The notes under the pieces are model-generated. The model did no database searches. It was not told the DNA's origin and saw only the letters and a list, made by a program, of their open reading frames with translations. The position numbers and the translations under genes were made by a program. Shown piece after piece: positions 1 to 7,015 of a stretch of DNA of 36,910 nucleotides; within the stretch, counting starts at the first letter, position 1, and the number at the start of each line of letters is the position of its first letter. The DNA is from a virus. Lineage: Duplodnaviria; Caudoviricetes. The stretch spans positions 1-36,910 of IMG/VR virus record IMGVR_UViG_3300005405_000004. One strand, written 5' to 3'.

Positions 1-127
1 ACCAATTATCCCTGTTAGATCATGCCCTTATAGAAGAAGTGTCCCCAGTAATGGATACTACTCCCCGCCCTGCCTCTCTACCTATCTTCCCACTTACTCT
101 AGGCGCTCACTCAGAGATATTCACTAT
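1..127. repeat. Terminal direct repeat copy 1 (circular contig overlap)
   Basis: Bases 1-127 are identical to 36784-36910; 127 is a common assembler k-mer length. Confidence 0.95.
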
Positions 128-254
128 GTAGATTTTCATTCCCCACCCCACTGGCACTTGGCGAACATCGCCCGGCACACGTTGGCACTGTGGCACTCGC
201 GGCATTGGCCTGCTGTATCAGCGTCCAGAACGCTTTGGCGATAGGGTCAGTCAT
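111..254 (-). CDS. Small hypothetical protein (MTDPIAKAFW...)
   Basis: ATG at 254 directly after the stop of the upstream gene; fits the tightly packed - strand operon. Confidence 0.45.
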   Translation of the reverse strand: MTDPIAKAFWTLIQQANAASATVPTCAGRCSPSASGVGNENLHSEYL

Positions 255-255
255 T

Positions 256-624
256 TCAACACCACCCGAAACGTCCATCTCGACCAATGATTCCATCAAG
301 AGCGTCCATTGCCGCATTTTCAAGCTTCCACTCTTTGTCTTGATATTCTTCAATGGATGCGGCGTCAAGGCCAGACAGATCAACGTCGCCTATTTGTCTC
401 CACAAGTCCCATGCCTTTTTTTGCTCATCATCGCCGAACTCGGACATGATAACGTCTTCAATGTCCTTTCCATCAAACGCTTCAAGGTCGCATCTCCCGC
501 CGCTGTCAATATCCGTGTTACGATACGGCTCAAGAAACGGCGCAAGCTGTTCGCCGCGTAATCCAGCGTTATACGCCGCGATAACCGTTGCCTCCATGAT
601 CGTGTACGCCTGATTATTGCCCAT
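256..624 (-). CDS. Hypothetical acidic protein (MGNNQAYT...)
   Basis: ATG at 624 preceded by AAAGGAG RBS; protein-like composition. Confidence 0.75.
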   Translation of the reverse strand: MGNNQAYTIMEATVIAAYNAGLRGEQLAPFLEPYRNTDIDSGGRCDLEAFDGKDIEDVIMSEFGDDEQKKAWDLWRQIGDVDLSGLDAASIEEYQDKEWKLENAAMDALDGIIGRDGRFGWC

Positions 625-844
625 TGCTGATAACTCCTTTGTTCGGCATATGCTCCAGTATCCTAGACAACATCTCCGGCGTACCTTCCTCGTGGTGCCG
701 CACCAGTCGTGACAGCCGCGACGTGTCGGCAAGTCCAAGCTCATCGGCTAAGGGCTTGAGTGTGCGCCAGCCACGGAGGTAGCAGACGGTACGAATGGCG
801 GAGTCGCAGGTGGTGGGGAAGGGGATGGGGATAGTGGTGGTCAT
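614..844 (-). CDS. Cro/XRE-like helix-turn-helix transcription regulator
   Basis: TLKPLADELGLADTSRLSRLV HTH pattern; second gene after the leftward promoter. Confidence 0.65.
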   Translation of the reverse strand: MTTTIPIPFPTTCDSAIRTVCYLRGWRTLKPLADELGLADTSRLSRLVRHHEEGTPEMLSRILEHMPNKGVISNGQ

Positions 845-846
845 GG

Positions 847-1080
847 TTAGCTTGCCTTCCTGTGTTTGATAATTCTGCACCCCGGAGCGTCAAGCGCGCC
901 GAACATGCGCAAGTGCGCTGTGCCATCAAGTGTATAACCGTGCCCCTCGCTTTCTCGGACTACGCCCTCTCCCCTGCCGTAACCACCGCATGAGTTTGGG
1001 TAGATATCCCGTCCAATCCAGTTGAACCACTGCGGCCCGGTTGCGGCCTTCATTGCGTAAACAAACTTACTGTCTTTCAT
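847..1080 (-). CDS. Hypothetical early protein (77 aa)
   Basis: First ORF after the leftward promoter; GGGAG RBS. Confidence 0.65.
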   Translation of the reverse strand: MKDSKFVYAMKAATGPQWFNWIGRDIYPNSCGGYGRGEGVVRESEGHGYTLDGTAHLRMFGALDAPGCRIIKHRKAS

Positions 1081-1118
1081 GTTTCTACTCCCGATTATTG
1101 TTCACTCGCCACGCCGTC

Positions 1119-1147
1119 AACATGCCACCGCCCAGCGCCGGAGTCAA
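1119..1147 (-). promoter_or_regulatory. Leftward sigma70-type promoter
   Basis: TTGACT-17 bp-CATGTT on the - strand upstream of the 1080 ATG. Confidence 0.55.
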
Positions 1148-1150
1148 GCA

Positions 1151-1213
1151 TTTTTCTTGCCTATCGTGAAATTTCTTGCCACATCGAAAAAACTTGTGTT
1201 GATGGCAAAAAAA
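1151..1213. promoter_or_regulatory. Putative operator repeats between the divergent promoters
   Basis: TTTCTTGCCTATCG, TTTCTTGCCACATCG and an inverted GATGGCAAAAAAA copy. Confidence 0.45.
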
Positions 1214-1217
1214 GTGC

Positions 1218-1246
1218 TTGACAGCGCGGCGAAGGTTCGGCATGGT
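1218..1246 (+). promoter_or_regulatory. Rightward sigma70-type promoter
   Basis: TTGACA-17 bp-CATGGT with an A-rich upstream tract. Confidence 0.6.
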
Positions 1247-1287
1247 GGGCTTGCGAGTTGATGATCCACAACGAAAAGGAGACGGAC

Positions 1288-1479
1288 ATGCTGCACGCTA
1301 ATGAACCAGCACTCCAGGTCAAGACAGAAGACGGCACATGGGCATACGTGTTTTGCTACATGCACAATCGCCAAGACCCGATTACTTGCCAAGAGCGGAA
1401 CAAGGCGCTGAACGCCCGGCGCGACCTCGCATTTTTCGCGGACATGTTCGGACATCGTGAGTTCAGGGCGGAAGCGTAA
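1288..1479 (+). CDS. Hypothetical early protein
   Basis: AAGGAG RBS then ATG at 1288; first gene of the rightward arm. Confidence 0.75.
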   Translation: MLHANEPALQVKTEDGTWAYVFCYMHNRQDPITCQERNKALNARRDLAFFADMFGHREFRAEA

Positions 1480-1487
1480 AGTAAACC

Positions 1488-1503
1488 GGGGGATTCGTCC
1501 CCC
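1488..1503 (+). promoter_or_regulatory. GGGGGA-TTCG-TCCCCC hairpin without a U tract
   Basis: Perfect 6-bp stem with a UUCG loop in the intergenic gap. Confidence 0.5.
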
Positions 1504-1526
1504 ACAATCAACAAATGGAGAACGCC

Positions 1527-1820
1527 ATGAAAAATGTACATACGCCCGGACCGTGGAAAGTAATAGCCCCAACGCCACGAGAATTGTGGGACGCTCGCAT
1601 ATTTGCGGGCACAAGGTATATTGGCATGATCGGGAACAGCGATAACCATGATGGGTGCGATGAGGGCAACGCCAGACTTATAGCCGCCGCCCCAGACTTG
1701 CTGGAGGCGCTGGAACATTTCGCCAAGTTCGCCTGCGAGACGCCGCACGTTAACGAGCCCGATTGTTACAACTGCCGTGCCCGCGCCGCCATCGCCAAGG
1801 CCACCGGAAGGGAGGTGTAG
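1527..1820 (+). CDS. Conserved phage early protein (HTPGPW...NARLIAAAPDLLEAL type)
   Basis: Both signature motifs of this widespread phage family are present; GGAG RBS. Confidence 0.85.
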   Translation: MKNVHTPGPWKVIAPTPRELWDARIFAGTRYIGMIGNSDNHDGCDEGNARLIAAAPDLLEALEHFAKFACETPHVNEPDCYNCRARAAIAKATGREV

Positions 1821-1821
1821 C

Positions 1822-1998
1822 ATGGTCATTTTCGCCCGCGAAGTTACCCGAACCTATCGCGCCACCTGCCGCGTCACTGGCACTACCTGCCGCCCGAACG
1901 TGCGCAGCGGTAGCTTTGAGGCCGTACCGACGTGGGTAATCGTGACGGGGTGGATTGTGGCGATGGTGGGGATTACGGTAATCGGCGTGACGTGGTAG
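1822..1998 (+). CDS. Small membrane-anchored protein
   Basis: GGAGG RBS; C-terminal hydrophobic helix WVIVTGWIVAMVGITVIGV. Confidence 0.6.
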   Translation: MVIFAREVTRTYRATCRVTGTTCRPNVRSGSFEAVPTWVIVTGWIVAMVGITVIGVTW

Positions 1999-2009
1999 GT
2001 GGTGCTGGT

Positions 2010-2297
2010 ATGGATATCGTATACATCACACCGGAAGACGTAACCGTTTTTGACACGCGTCGCAAGTGGCCTGACCAAATTGAGTACGTGCTCTACTCCG
2101 AAGCGCAGGCTCGGATAGATGCGCTGGAATGGCTGGTTGAAGTGCAGGCCTTGAAGGTTCACCGCGTCATTCATGCCGGAGAGTGGGCACAGAAAAATGC
2201 TGGACCATCTGTGCGCGAGGCGTGGAGACGTCGGGAGAACTCTAATCACGAACTACGTGATACGTTGAAAGCCGCCCGCGATGCGGTTGTGTTGTAA
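2010..2297 (+). CDS. Hypothetical protein (MDIVYITPED...)
   Basis: ORF in the operon with an AGGTGG RBS. Confidence 0.7.
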   Translation: MDIVYITPEDVTVFDTRRKWPDQIEYVLYSEAQARIDALEWLVEVQALKVHRVIHAGEWAQKNAGPSVREAWRRRENSNHELRDTLKAARDAVVL

Positions 2298-2303
2298 TTT
2301 CTC

Positions 2304-2335
2304 TTGACACTTCGCCGCACTTTCGGCAGTGTCGA
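2304..2335 (+). promoter_or_regulatory. TTGACAC-N17-AGTGTCGA element, copy 1
   Basis: Intergenic; consensus -35; arms form an imperfect inverted repeat; second copy at 3423-3454. Confidence 0.6.
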
Positions 2336-2355
2336 CTCAACAAACGGAGGACGCA

Positions 2356-2658
2356 ATGGAAAATCATGCCGAACTTTTCAGGGCCGCTAACTTGCTTCGT
2401 AACGCGAATATGCGCTGCGAGGACTGCGACAACATGCGGTACATCAAGAGCACGGACACCTACTACTGCCCGGAGGCCACGGAGGCCTTGGCTCTTGAAG
2501 GATACCCGACAATGATTGTGCGTGTCGACCCGGAGAACAGCGCGGAATCGTGCCCCAGCTTCGCGCGGAGTGCTGAAAGCCGCGATGGAGATAGCAACGA
2601 TGGTTGGCAGTGGGAGAACGGTGTGGACGCCACGTATGCGGAAAAGGTTGGGAAATGA
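2356..2658 (+). CDS. Hypothetical Cys-containing (possible Zn-binding) protein
   Basis: GGAGG RBS; CEDC...YCP...SCP cysteines. Confidence 0.75.
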   Translation: MENHAELFRAANLLRNANMRCEDCDNMRYIKSTDTYYCPEATEALALEGYPTMIVRVDPENSAESCPSFARSAESRDGDSNDGWQWENGVDATYAEKVGK

Positions 2659-2659
2659 G

Positions 2660-3250
2660 ATGAGCAAGGCGAAGGTATATCGCGCATATTGGTTTGAGCC
2701 AGCTAGCGGAGTTCTGGGCTACGGAGATGGGCGCAAGCCAGAGGTCGGAGAGACGCACGAAGTCAATTGTACTCCGGTGTTGTGCAACGCTGGCCTGCAT
2801 GGGTCCGTAAATGCGCTGGACGCGCTACAATACGCTGCCAGCAATCGGCTTTGGCTGGTGGAAATAAGCGGCTGTGTCAAGGTCGGAGCTGACAAGATTA
2901 CAGGTAGGCGGCGAAAGTATGTTGCGGTTGCTGACGTTGAACTGATTTTGCGAGAGTTCGCGCGAGGCTGTGCCCTGGACGTTGCCCACTTGTGGGACAT
3001 TCCAGAGATCGTGCGCGAATACCTGGAAACCGGAGACGATAGCAAGCGGGCCGCTGCCGGGGACGCTGCCTGGGACGCTGCCTGGGACGCTGCCTGGGCC
3101 GCTGCCGGAGCCGCTGCCTGGGCCGCTGCCGGGGACGCTGCCGGGGACGCTGCCGGGGACGCTGCCTGGGACGCTGCCTGGGCCGCTGCCAGGGCCGCAC
3201 AATATGCAAAACTCGAAAAGGCGCTTGAACGCGCATTCGGAGACATGTAA
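2660..3250 (+). CDS. Phage protein with CNAGLH N-terminal domain and (D/A)AA(W/G) tetrapeptide repeats
   Basis: LCNAGLHGS motif and AAWDAAW repeat, typical of a widespread phage family of unknown function. Confidence 0.8.
   Translation: MSKAKVYRAYWFEPASGVLGYGDGRKPEVGETHEVNCTPVLCNAGLHGSVNALDALQYAASNRLWLVEISGCVKVGADKITGRRRKYVAVADVELILREFARGCALDVAHLWDIPEIVREYLETGDDSKRAAAGDAAWDAAWDAAWAAAGAAAWAAAGDAAGDAAGDAAWDAAWAAARAAQYAKLEKALERAFGDM
3050..3193 (+). repeat. Coding tandem repeat, 12 x 12 bp (G[A/C]C GCT GCC NGR)
   Basis: Twelve consecutive units encoding AAAG/DAAW/AAAW/DAAG/AAAR. Confidence 0.9.
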
Positions 3251-3426
3251 TGGACCTCAACCACACGCCCTACGAGTTCACCCAGGCGGGCCGTGTTGAT
3301 GCGTGGACGCGCAAGTTTATCCCCGGCTTCCAGCGCGACAAGGACTACGAGGCGTGGCGCGAACAGGTCGGGGCGAAGAAGGCCAATGCTGTGATGCGTG
3401 AAGTTGTGAGGGAAGAACGTAGTTGA
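3250..3426 (+). CDS. Small hypothetical protein (MDLNHTPYEF..., 58 aa; not in the ORF track)
   Basis: TAATG overlap with the upstream stop; GGAG RBS; open frame to TGA 3424-3426. Confidence 0.7.
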   Translation: MDLNHTPYEFTQAGRVDAWTRKFIPGFQRDKDYEAWREQVGAKKANAVMREVVREERS

Positions 3427-3454
3427 CACCGCCCGCAGTTTGTGCGAGTGTCGA
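3423..3454 (+). promoter_or_regulatory. TTGACAC-N17-AGTGTCGA element, copy 2
   Basis: Same arms and spacing as 2304-2335; directly upstream of the small gene-Sak4-SSB block. Confidence 0.6.
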
Positions 3455-3474
3455 AGGAACGAAAGGAGTTGGTA

Positions 3475-3651
3475 ATGGGCTTATTCGACTTGCTTGAAAA
3501 TACTGTGACGGCGGCAATCACTATTCCTATCGCAATCGTGCATGACACAGTGACAATGGGCGGCGCGTTGACTGATCGTGACAGGCCAATGACGGTTGAC
3601 GTGGCGAAGAGCGTTGTTGACGCGGCAGAAAGGGCCGTGAAGGGGGAATAA
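3475..3651 (+). CDS. Small conserved phage protein (IPIAIVHDTVTMGGALTDRD)
   Basis: AAAGGAG RBS; resembles a small hypothetical family seen in lambdoid early regions. Confidence 0.75.
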   Translation: MGLFDLLENTVTAAITIPIAIVHDTVTMGGALTDRDRPMTVDVAKSVVDAAERAVKGE

Positions 3652-4529
3652 TGTTCGTAAAGGCAGAACGCAAGAAGGCAAAGCTGCGGCTTGCCATGCT
3701 TGGCCCTAGTGGTAGTGGCAAGACCTACAGCGCGCTGCTTATCGCGCAGGGGTTGGGCGGGCCTATCGCGCTCATCGACACCGAGCGCAAGAGTGGTAGC
3801 CTGTATGCGCATCTGTGCGACTATGACGTGTGCGACATCGACCCGCCGTACACGCCCGACAAGTACGTGAAGGCCATCAAGGAAGCCGAGCGCGCCGGGT
3901 ACAACGTCGTGATCGTGGATAGCCTCACACACGCTTGGGCGGGCCAGGGCGGCTTGCTGGAAGAAGTGGACAAGCGCAAGGGGCGCGGCAACGACTTCAC
4001 CGCGTGGCGGGACATTACGCCGATGCACAACGCGCTTGTGGATTCCATGCTGCAATCCGGTTGCCACGTCATCGCCACCATGCGGACCAAACAGGAATAC
4101 GTGCTGGTGGATGAGAACCGCAACGGCAAGAACGTGAAGGTTCCGAAGAAGGTCGGCATGGCCCCGGTCCAACGCGACGGCATGGAATACGAGTTTACGG
4201 TAGTGTTTGACATGGACCTGGACCGCCACGTCGCCACAGCTAGTAAGGACCGCACAAGCCTGTTTGACGGCAAGGTGTTCACTCCCAGCGTTGACACGGG
4301 CAAAGAGCTTGTGGCGTGGCTTGAAACTGGCGCGGACATGCCGCTGCCCTTCGCACCTGACGAACTCGCGGGCATCCTCGCTAGCGCGAACTCCGTTGAC
4401 GATCTTGGCGCGCTGTACAAGTCCGAAGGATTCAAGCGTAGGCTTGCAGTCAGTGATTCAAACAGTGTGAATGGCGAAGTGCAGAAACGGAAGGAAGAAC
4501 TCATCAAAAGGGAGGCCGCAATTGGCTAG
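3651..4529 (+). CDS. Sak4-like single-strand annealing ATPase (AAA_24 type)
   Basis: Walker A GPSGSGKT, IALIDTE, VIVDSLTHAW and MEYEF motifs; adjacent to SSB. Confidence 0.9.
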   Translation: MFVKAERKKAKLRLAMLGPSGSGKTYSALLIAQGLGGPIALIDTERKSGSLYAHLCDYDVCDIDPPYTPDKYVKAIKEAERAGYNVVIVDSLTHAWAGQGGLLEEVDKRKGRGNDFTAWRDITPMHNALVDSMLQSGCHVIATMRTKQEYVLVDENRNGKNVKVPKKVGMAPVQRDGMEYEFTVVFDMDLDRHVATASKDRTSLFDGKVFTPSVDTGKELVAWLETGADMPLPFAPDELAGILASANSVDDLGALYKSEGFKRRLAVSDSNSVNGEVQKRKEELIKREAAIG

Positions 4530-4986
4530 CTTGAACTCGGTCACACTCATCGGACACCTTGGCGGCGACCCCCGCGTGAACGCCACTCAGGCCGGGAAGT
4601 GTGTTGTCAACCTGTCCGTGGCAACCTCGTTTCGCGTCAAGGATGCCAGCTGGCAGTACGTTGACCGCGTAACTTGGCACGATGTTGTGGTGTGGGATAA
4701 AGCCGCAGAGTTCTGCCGTGACTACCTGCGCAAGGGGGCGTGCGTGGTGGTTGAAGGGCGCATAGATAAGCGTGAATACCTGGACAAGGAAGGGAATAAG
4801 CGCGTGAGCTGCGAGGTGGTGGCCAACCGCGTTCAGTGCCTCGACAAGCGCGAAGCCGGGCAGATCGGTGGGCAGAGTGGCAGCCAGAGTGAGAAGCCGA
4901 AGCCGCCGATGATGAACGATATAGATGATCTTGGCCCCGCGTTTCCGAGTGAAGCAAGTGGCATGGATGATGTACCTTTTAGCTAG
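4522..4986 (+). CDS. ssb: Single-stranded DNA-binding protein
   Basis: LNSVTLIGHLGGDP, YLRKG, VEGRI and an acidic tail ending DDVPF; TTG start after GGAGG. Confidence 0.95.
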   Translation: MASLNSVTLIGHLGGDPRVNATQAGKCVVNLSVATSFRVKDASWQYVDRVTWHDVVVWDKAAEFCRDYLRKGACVVVEGRIDKREYLDKEGNKRVSCEVVANRVQCLDKREAGQIGGQSGSQSEKPKPPMMNDIDDLGPAFPSEASGMDDVPFS

Positions 4987-5046
4987 GCGGGAAGGAAAAC
5001 CGCTATAAAAACCTTGGACGATAAACGCAAACACAGGGAGTATTAT

Positions 5047-5373
5047 ATGTGCGACACAGAGATGCCGAAGTATAAGTGTCACAAGGAGGTATGGGCGCTG
5101 AAAATTAAAAACATTGTGCCCCACAATGCTGATAACCATAACGCTGAAACTGACGGTAGCGCAATGATTGAACCAGCGGATGCAAGATATGCTGCATTCA
5201 AGGTCGATTACGACTACATGCGTAAACATAAGCCGCACGTCGGTGGATATTACGTGGTGTATGAAGATGGCTACAAGTCATTTTCTCCAGCCGATGCGTT
5301 TGAGTCTGGTTACACAAACATGGAACTACTTCGTGCAAATGGGTCTGGGTCTGTAGGTTACACGCGAGGTTAA
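5047..5373 (+). CDS. Conserved phage protein (YKCHKEVWALKI...GYKSFSPADAFESGY)
   Basis: Recognisable widespread phage motif; GGGAG RBS. Confidence 0.8.
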   Translation: MCDTEMPKYKCHKEVWALKIKNIVPHNADNHNAETDGSAMIEPADARYAAFKVDYDYMRKHKPHVGGYYVVYEDGYKSFSPADAFESGYTNMELLRANGSGSVGYTRG

Positions 5374-5377
5374 CCCC

Positions 5378-5578
5378 ATGACCATCCGACACTTCGCTAG
5401 TCTCGCCGCCGCCTGCACAAACATGGTGGCACTCGAAAAGCTTTTCATCGATGAGCGCAAGTTTGTGCTTGACAACGCCGTGCCACCGTGGCAATTCAAT
5501 CGTGTGTGGACGGAAAATAAGCAGCGCATCGAAGGCGACGGCCTGACTGGCGAGGTGTTGGATGAATGGACAATGTAA
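5378..5578 (+). CDS. Hypothetical protein (66 aa)
   Basis: GAGG RBS; operon packing. Confidence 0.65.
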   Translation: MTIRHFASLAAACTNMVALEKLFIDERKFVLDNAVPPWQFNRVWTENKQRIEGDGLTGEVLDEWTM

Positions 5579-5591
5579 ACGGAGGTGTGAG

Positions 5592-6146
5592 ATGGAAGAT
5601 AGCCGCAAGCCGCTGACGGCGTGGGAGATTGAGGAGCTGCGGAAATTGGAGGCGAAGGCCACGCCGGAGCCGTGGCGCGTGGAGCAGAGAGGAGCGAATG
5701 GCGACGTGCGTTTGTGCGGCAAGGACGAGTACGGCGACGAGTGTGTCTTGGCTGACTACATGGGCTGGGACACTGACGATTTCGCCCTCGTCGCGGCCAT
5801 GCGCAACGCGCTGCCCCGCATCCTCTCTATGCTGACCCCGCCCACGGAGGCGGAAGTACGGAAGGCCTTCGGTAACGTGTGCTACCGCATGAACATGAGA
5901 GACCACGTGGAATACGAGGACGTGGAAACCCTCCTTCGCGCCGTGCAGGCACCCAGGCTGACGGGGGAGCAGGTGAAAGAAGCATACCTCAACGGATACG
6001 AGGACGGGAACGATGATGGGCGCGCCCTGACAGGGTGCAGGAATGTCTACGAACACACCCCCAGGCACGACCCCGACACCGCCTGGGCCAAAAGCGATAC
6101 CCGCGCCGCGTTCCCCGAACTCGCGGGGGAGGTGGGCCGTGGGTAA
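5592..6146 (+). CDS. Ead/Ea22-like early protein
   Basis: ELRKLEAKATPEPW and ALVAAMRNALPRIL motifs; GGAGGTG RBS. Confidence 0.7.
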   Translation: MEDSRKPLTAWEIEELRKLEAKATPEPWRVEQRGANGDVRLCGKDEYGDECVLADYMGWDTDDFALVAAMRNALPRILSMLTPPTEAEVRKAFGNVCYRMNMRDHVEYEDVETLLRAVQAPRLTGEQVKEAYLNGYEDGNDDGRALTGCRNVYEHTPRHDPDTAWAKSDTRAAFPELAGEVGRG

Positions 6147-6285
6147 GCTCTTCGCCATTTTCCGCCTTGTGGGCTGGGGAATCGCCTGCCGGGACTGTGA
6201 AGTGTGGAATATTTCCGACTGTGAGGAATGCCTGGTAATCCTTACACCGCGCTGCCCGAAGGGTAGGGAAGTTGGCCGTGGGTAG
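6139..6285 (+). CDS. Small Cys-rich protein
   Basis: GTG start after GGAGG; CRDC/CEEC motifs. Confidence 0.5.
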   Translation: MGKLFAIFRLVGWGIACRDCEVWNISDCEECLVILTPRCPKGREVGRG

Positions 6286-6667
6286 CGAAAACGGCTGGCA
6301 AGCCGATAGAGAACACTTTGAGCACTACGCGGACGAAGAACCCAAGCCAGCCCCCGCGCCGCTGCCGGAAGAGGATTTCATGGAGATTCTGAACGATGCG
6401 CTCAAGCACGCGGTGTGGGTTCCCGGCGAGGAGCTTCGGGCGTCCGCTACCATGCTCCGCCAGTTTGCGGACCTGCACAAAAAGTGGCCCCTTGCAGAGG
6501 CGATTCGCCGCGTCTTGCGCGCCATCGCCACCCAGGCCCGGCGCTTGGCCGTTTGCGAAAACCGCATGTTCGCAATTGGCGAAGGCGTCAGCATCAGCCA
6601 CGATTTCGTGGAGGCCCACATCTCCGACCTCACCCGGCGCTTGGCGAAGGTGGAGGAGAAGGCATGA
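6278..6667 (+). CDS. Hypothetical protein
   Basis: Overlapping-start operon packing; helical composition. Confidence 0.7.
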   Translation: MGSENGWQADREHFEHYADEEPKPAPAPLPEEDFMEILNDALKHAVWVPGEELRASATMLRQFADLHKKWPLAEAIRRVLRAIATQARRLAVCENRMFAIGEGVSISHDFVEAHISDLTRRLAKVEEKA

Positions 6668-6957
6668 CCTACCTGACGCAACACGCCTGCCGTCGCATGG
6701 ACGAACGCGGCATCACATCCACGATGATTGACGCCGTGTTGCACTCTGCCGATCGTGAGAATTGGAGCTACGACGGTAAACAAAACCTGACGCTGTGCGG
6801 ACTAACTGCCGTTGTGTCGCGTGATACTGGCGCGGTCATTACGGTGTTTTCTGACGGTTCGACGCGCTGCGAATGTACGCCGAAGCGTTGGGCGAAGCTT
6901 AAGAGCCAGCGGAAGCGCGAGAGAGAGCGAAGGCAGAAACGACGCCAATCGTGGTAA
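6664..6957 (+). CDS. DUF4258-like (RelE/BECR-type fold) protein
   Basis: LTQHACRRMDERGI and VITVF motifs; ATGA overlap; GGAGG RBS. Confidence 0.7.
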   Translation: MTYLTQHACRRMDERGITSTMIDAVLHSADRENWSYDGKQNLTLCGLTAVVSRDTGAVITVFSDGSTRCECTPKRWAKLKSQRKRERERRQKRRQSW

Positions 6958-6958
6958 C

Positions 6959-6996
6959 AAAAAAGGCCGCTGGATTGTTAGTCCAACGGCCTTTAT
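6959..6996. terminator. Bidirectional rho-independent terminator
   Basis: AAAAAAGGCCGCTGGATT-GTT-AGTCCAACGGCCTTT hairpin between the two convergent arms. Confidence 0.85.
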
Positions 6997-7015
6997 ACTT
7001 TGTGGCGTGTTCTAC

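Noticed and set aside
5-17. TAACAGGGATAAT on the - strand resembling an I-SceI site or rRNA sequence
   Set aside because: Only a partial, gapped match with no flanking similarity
1-127. 127-bp repeat as a biological direct terminal repeat
   Set aside because: The length equals a common assembler k-mer, it falls within an operon, and it is far from the terminase genes; more likely an assembly overlap
1-139. Three in-frame TGA codons as evidence of stop-codon recoding or selenocysteine
   Set aside because: Many well-supported genes here end in TGA with ATGA/GTGA overlaps, and read-through would not restore the DDxR motif
3050-3193. Repeat array as CRISPR or a DGR template
   Set aside because: Contiguous 12-bp coding units without spacers; no cas or reverse transcriptase gene
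2719-4507. Long - strand ORFs (236, 294 and 228 aa) over the early genes, and similar + strand ORFs over the structural genes
   Set aside because: Antisense shadows of well-supported genes in GC-rich, codon-biased DNA; no motifs or RBS
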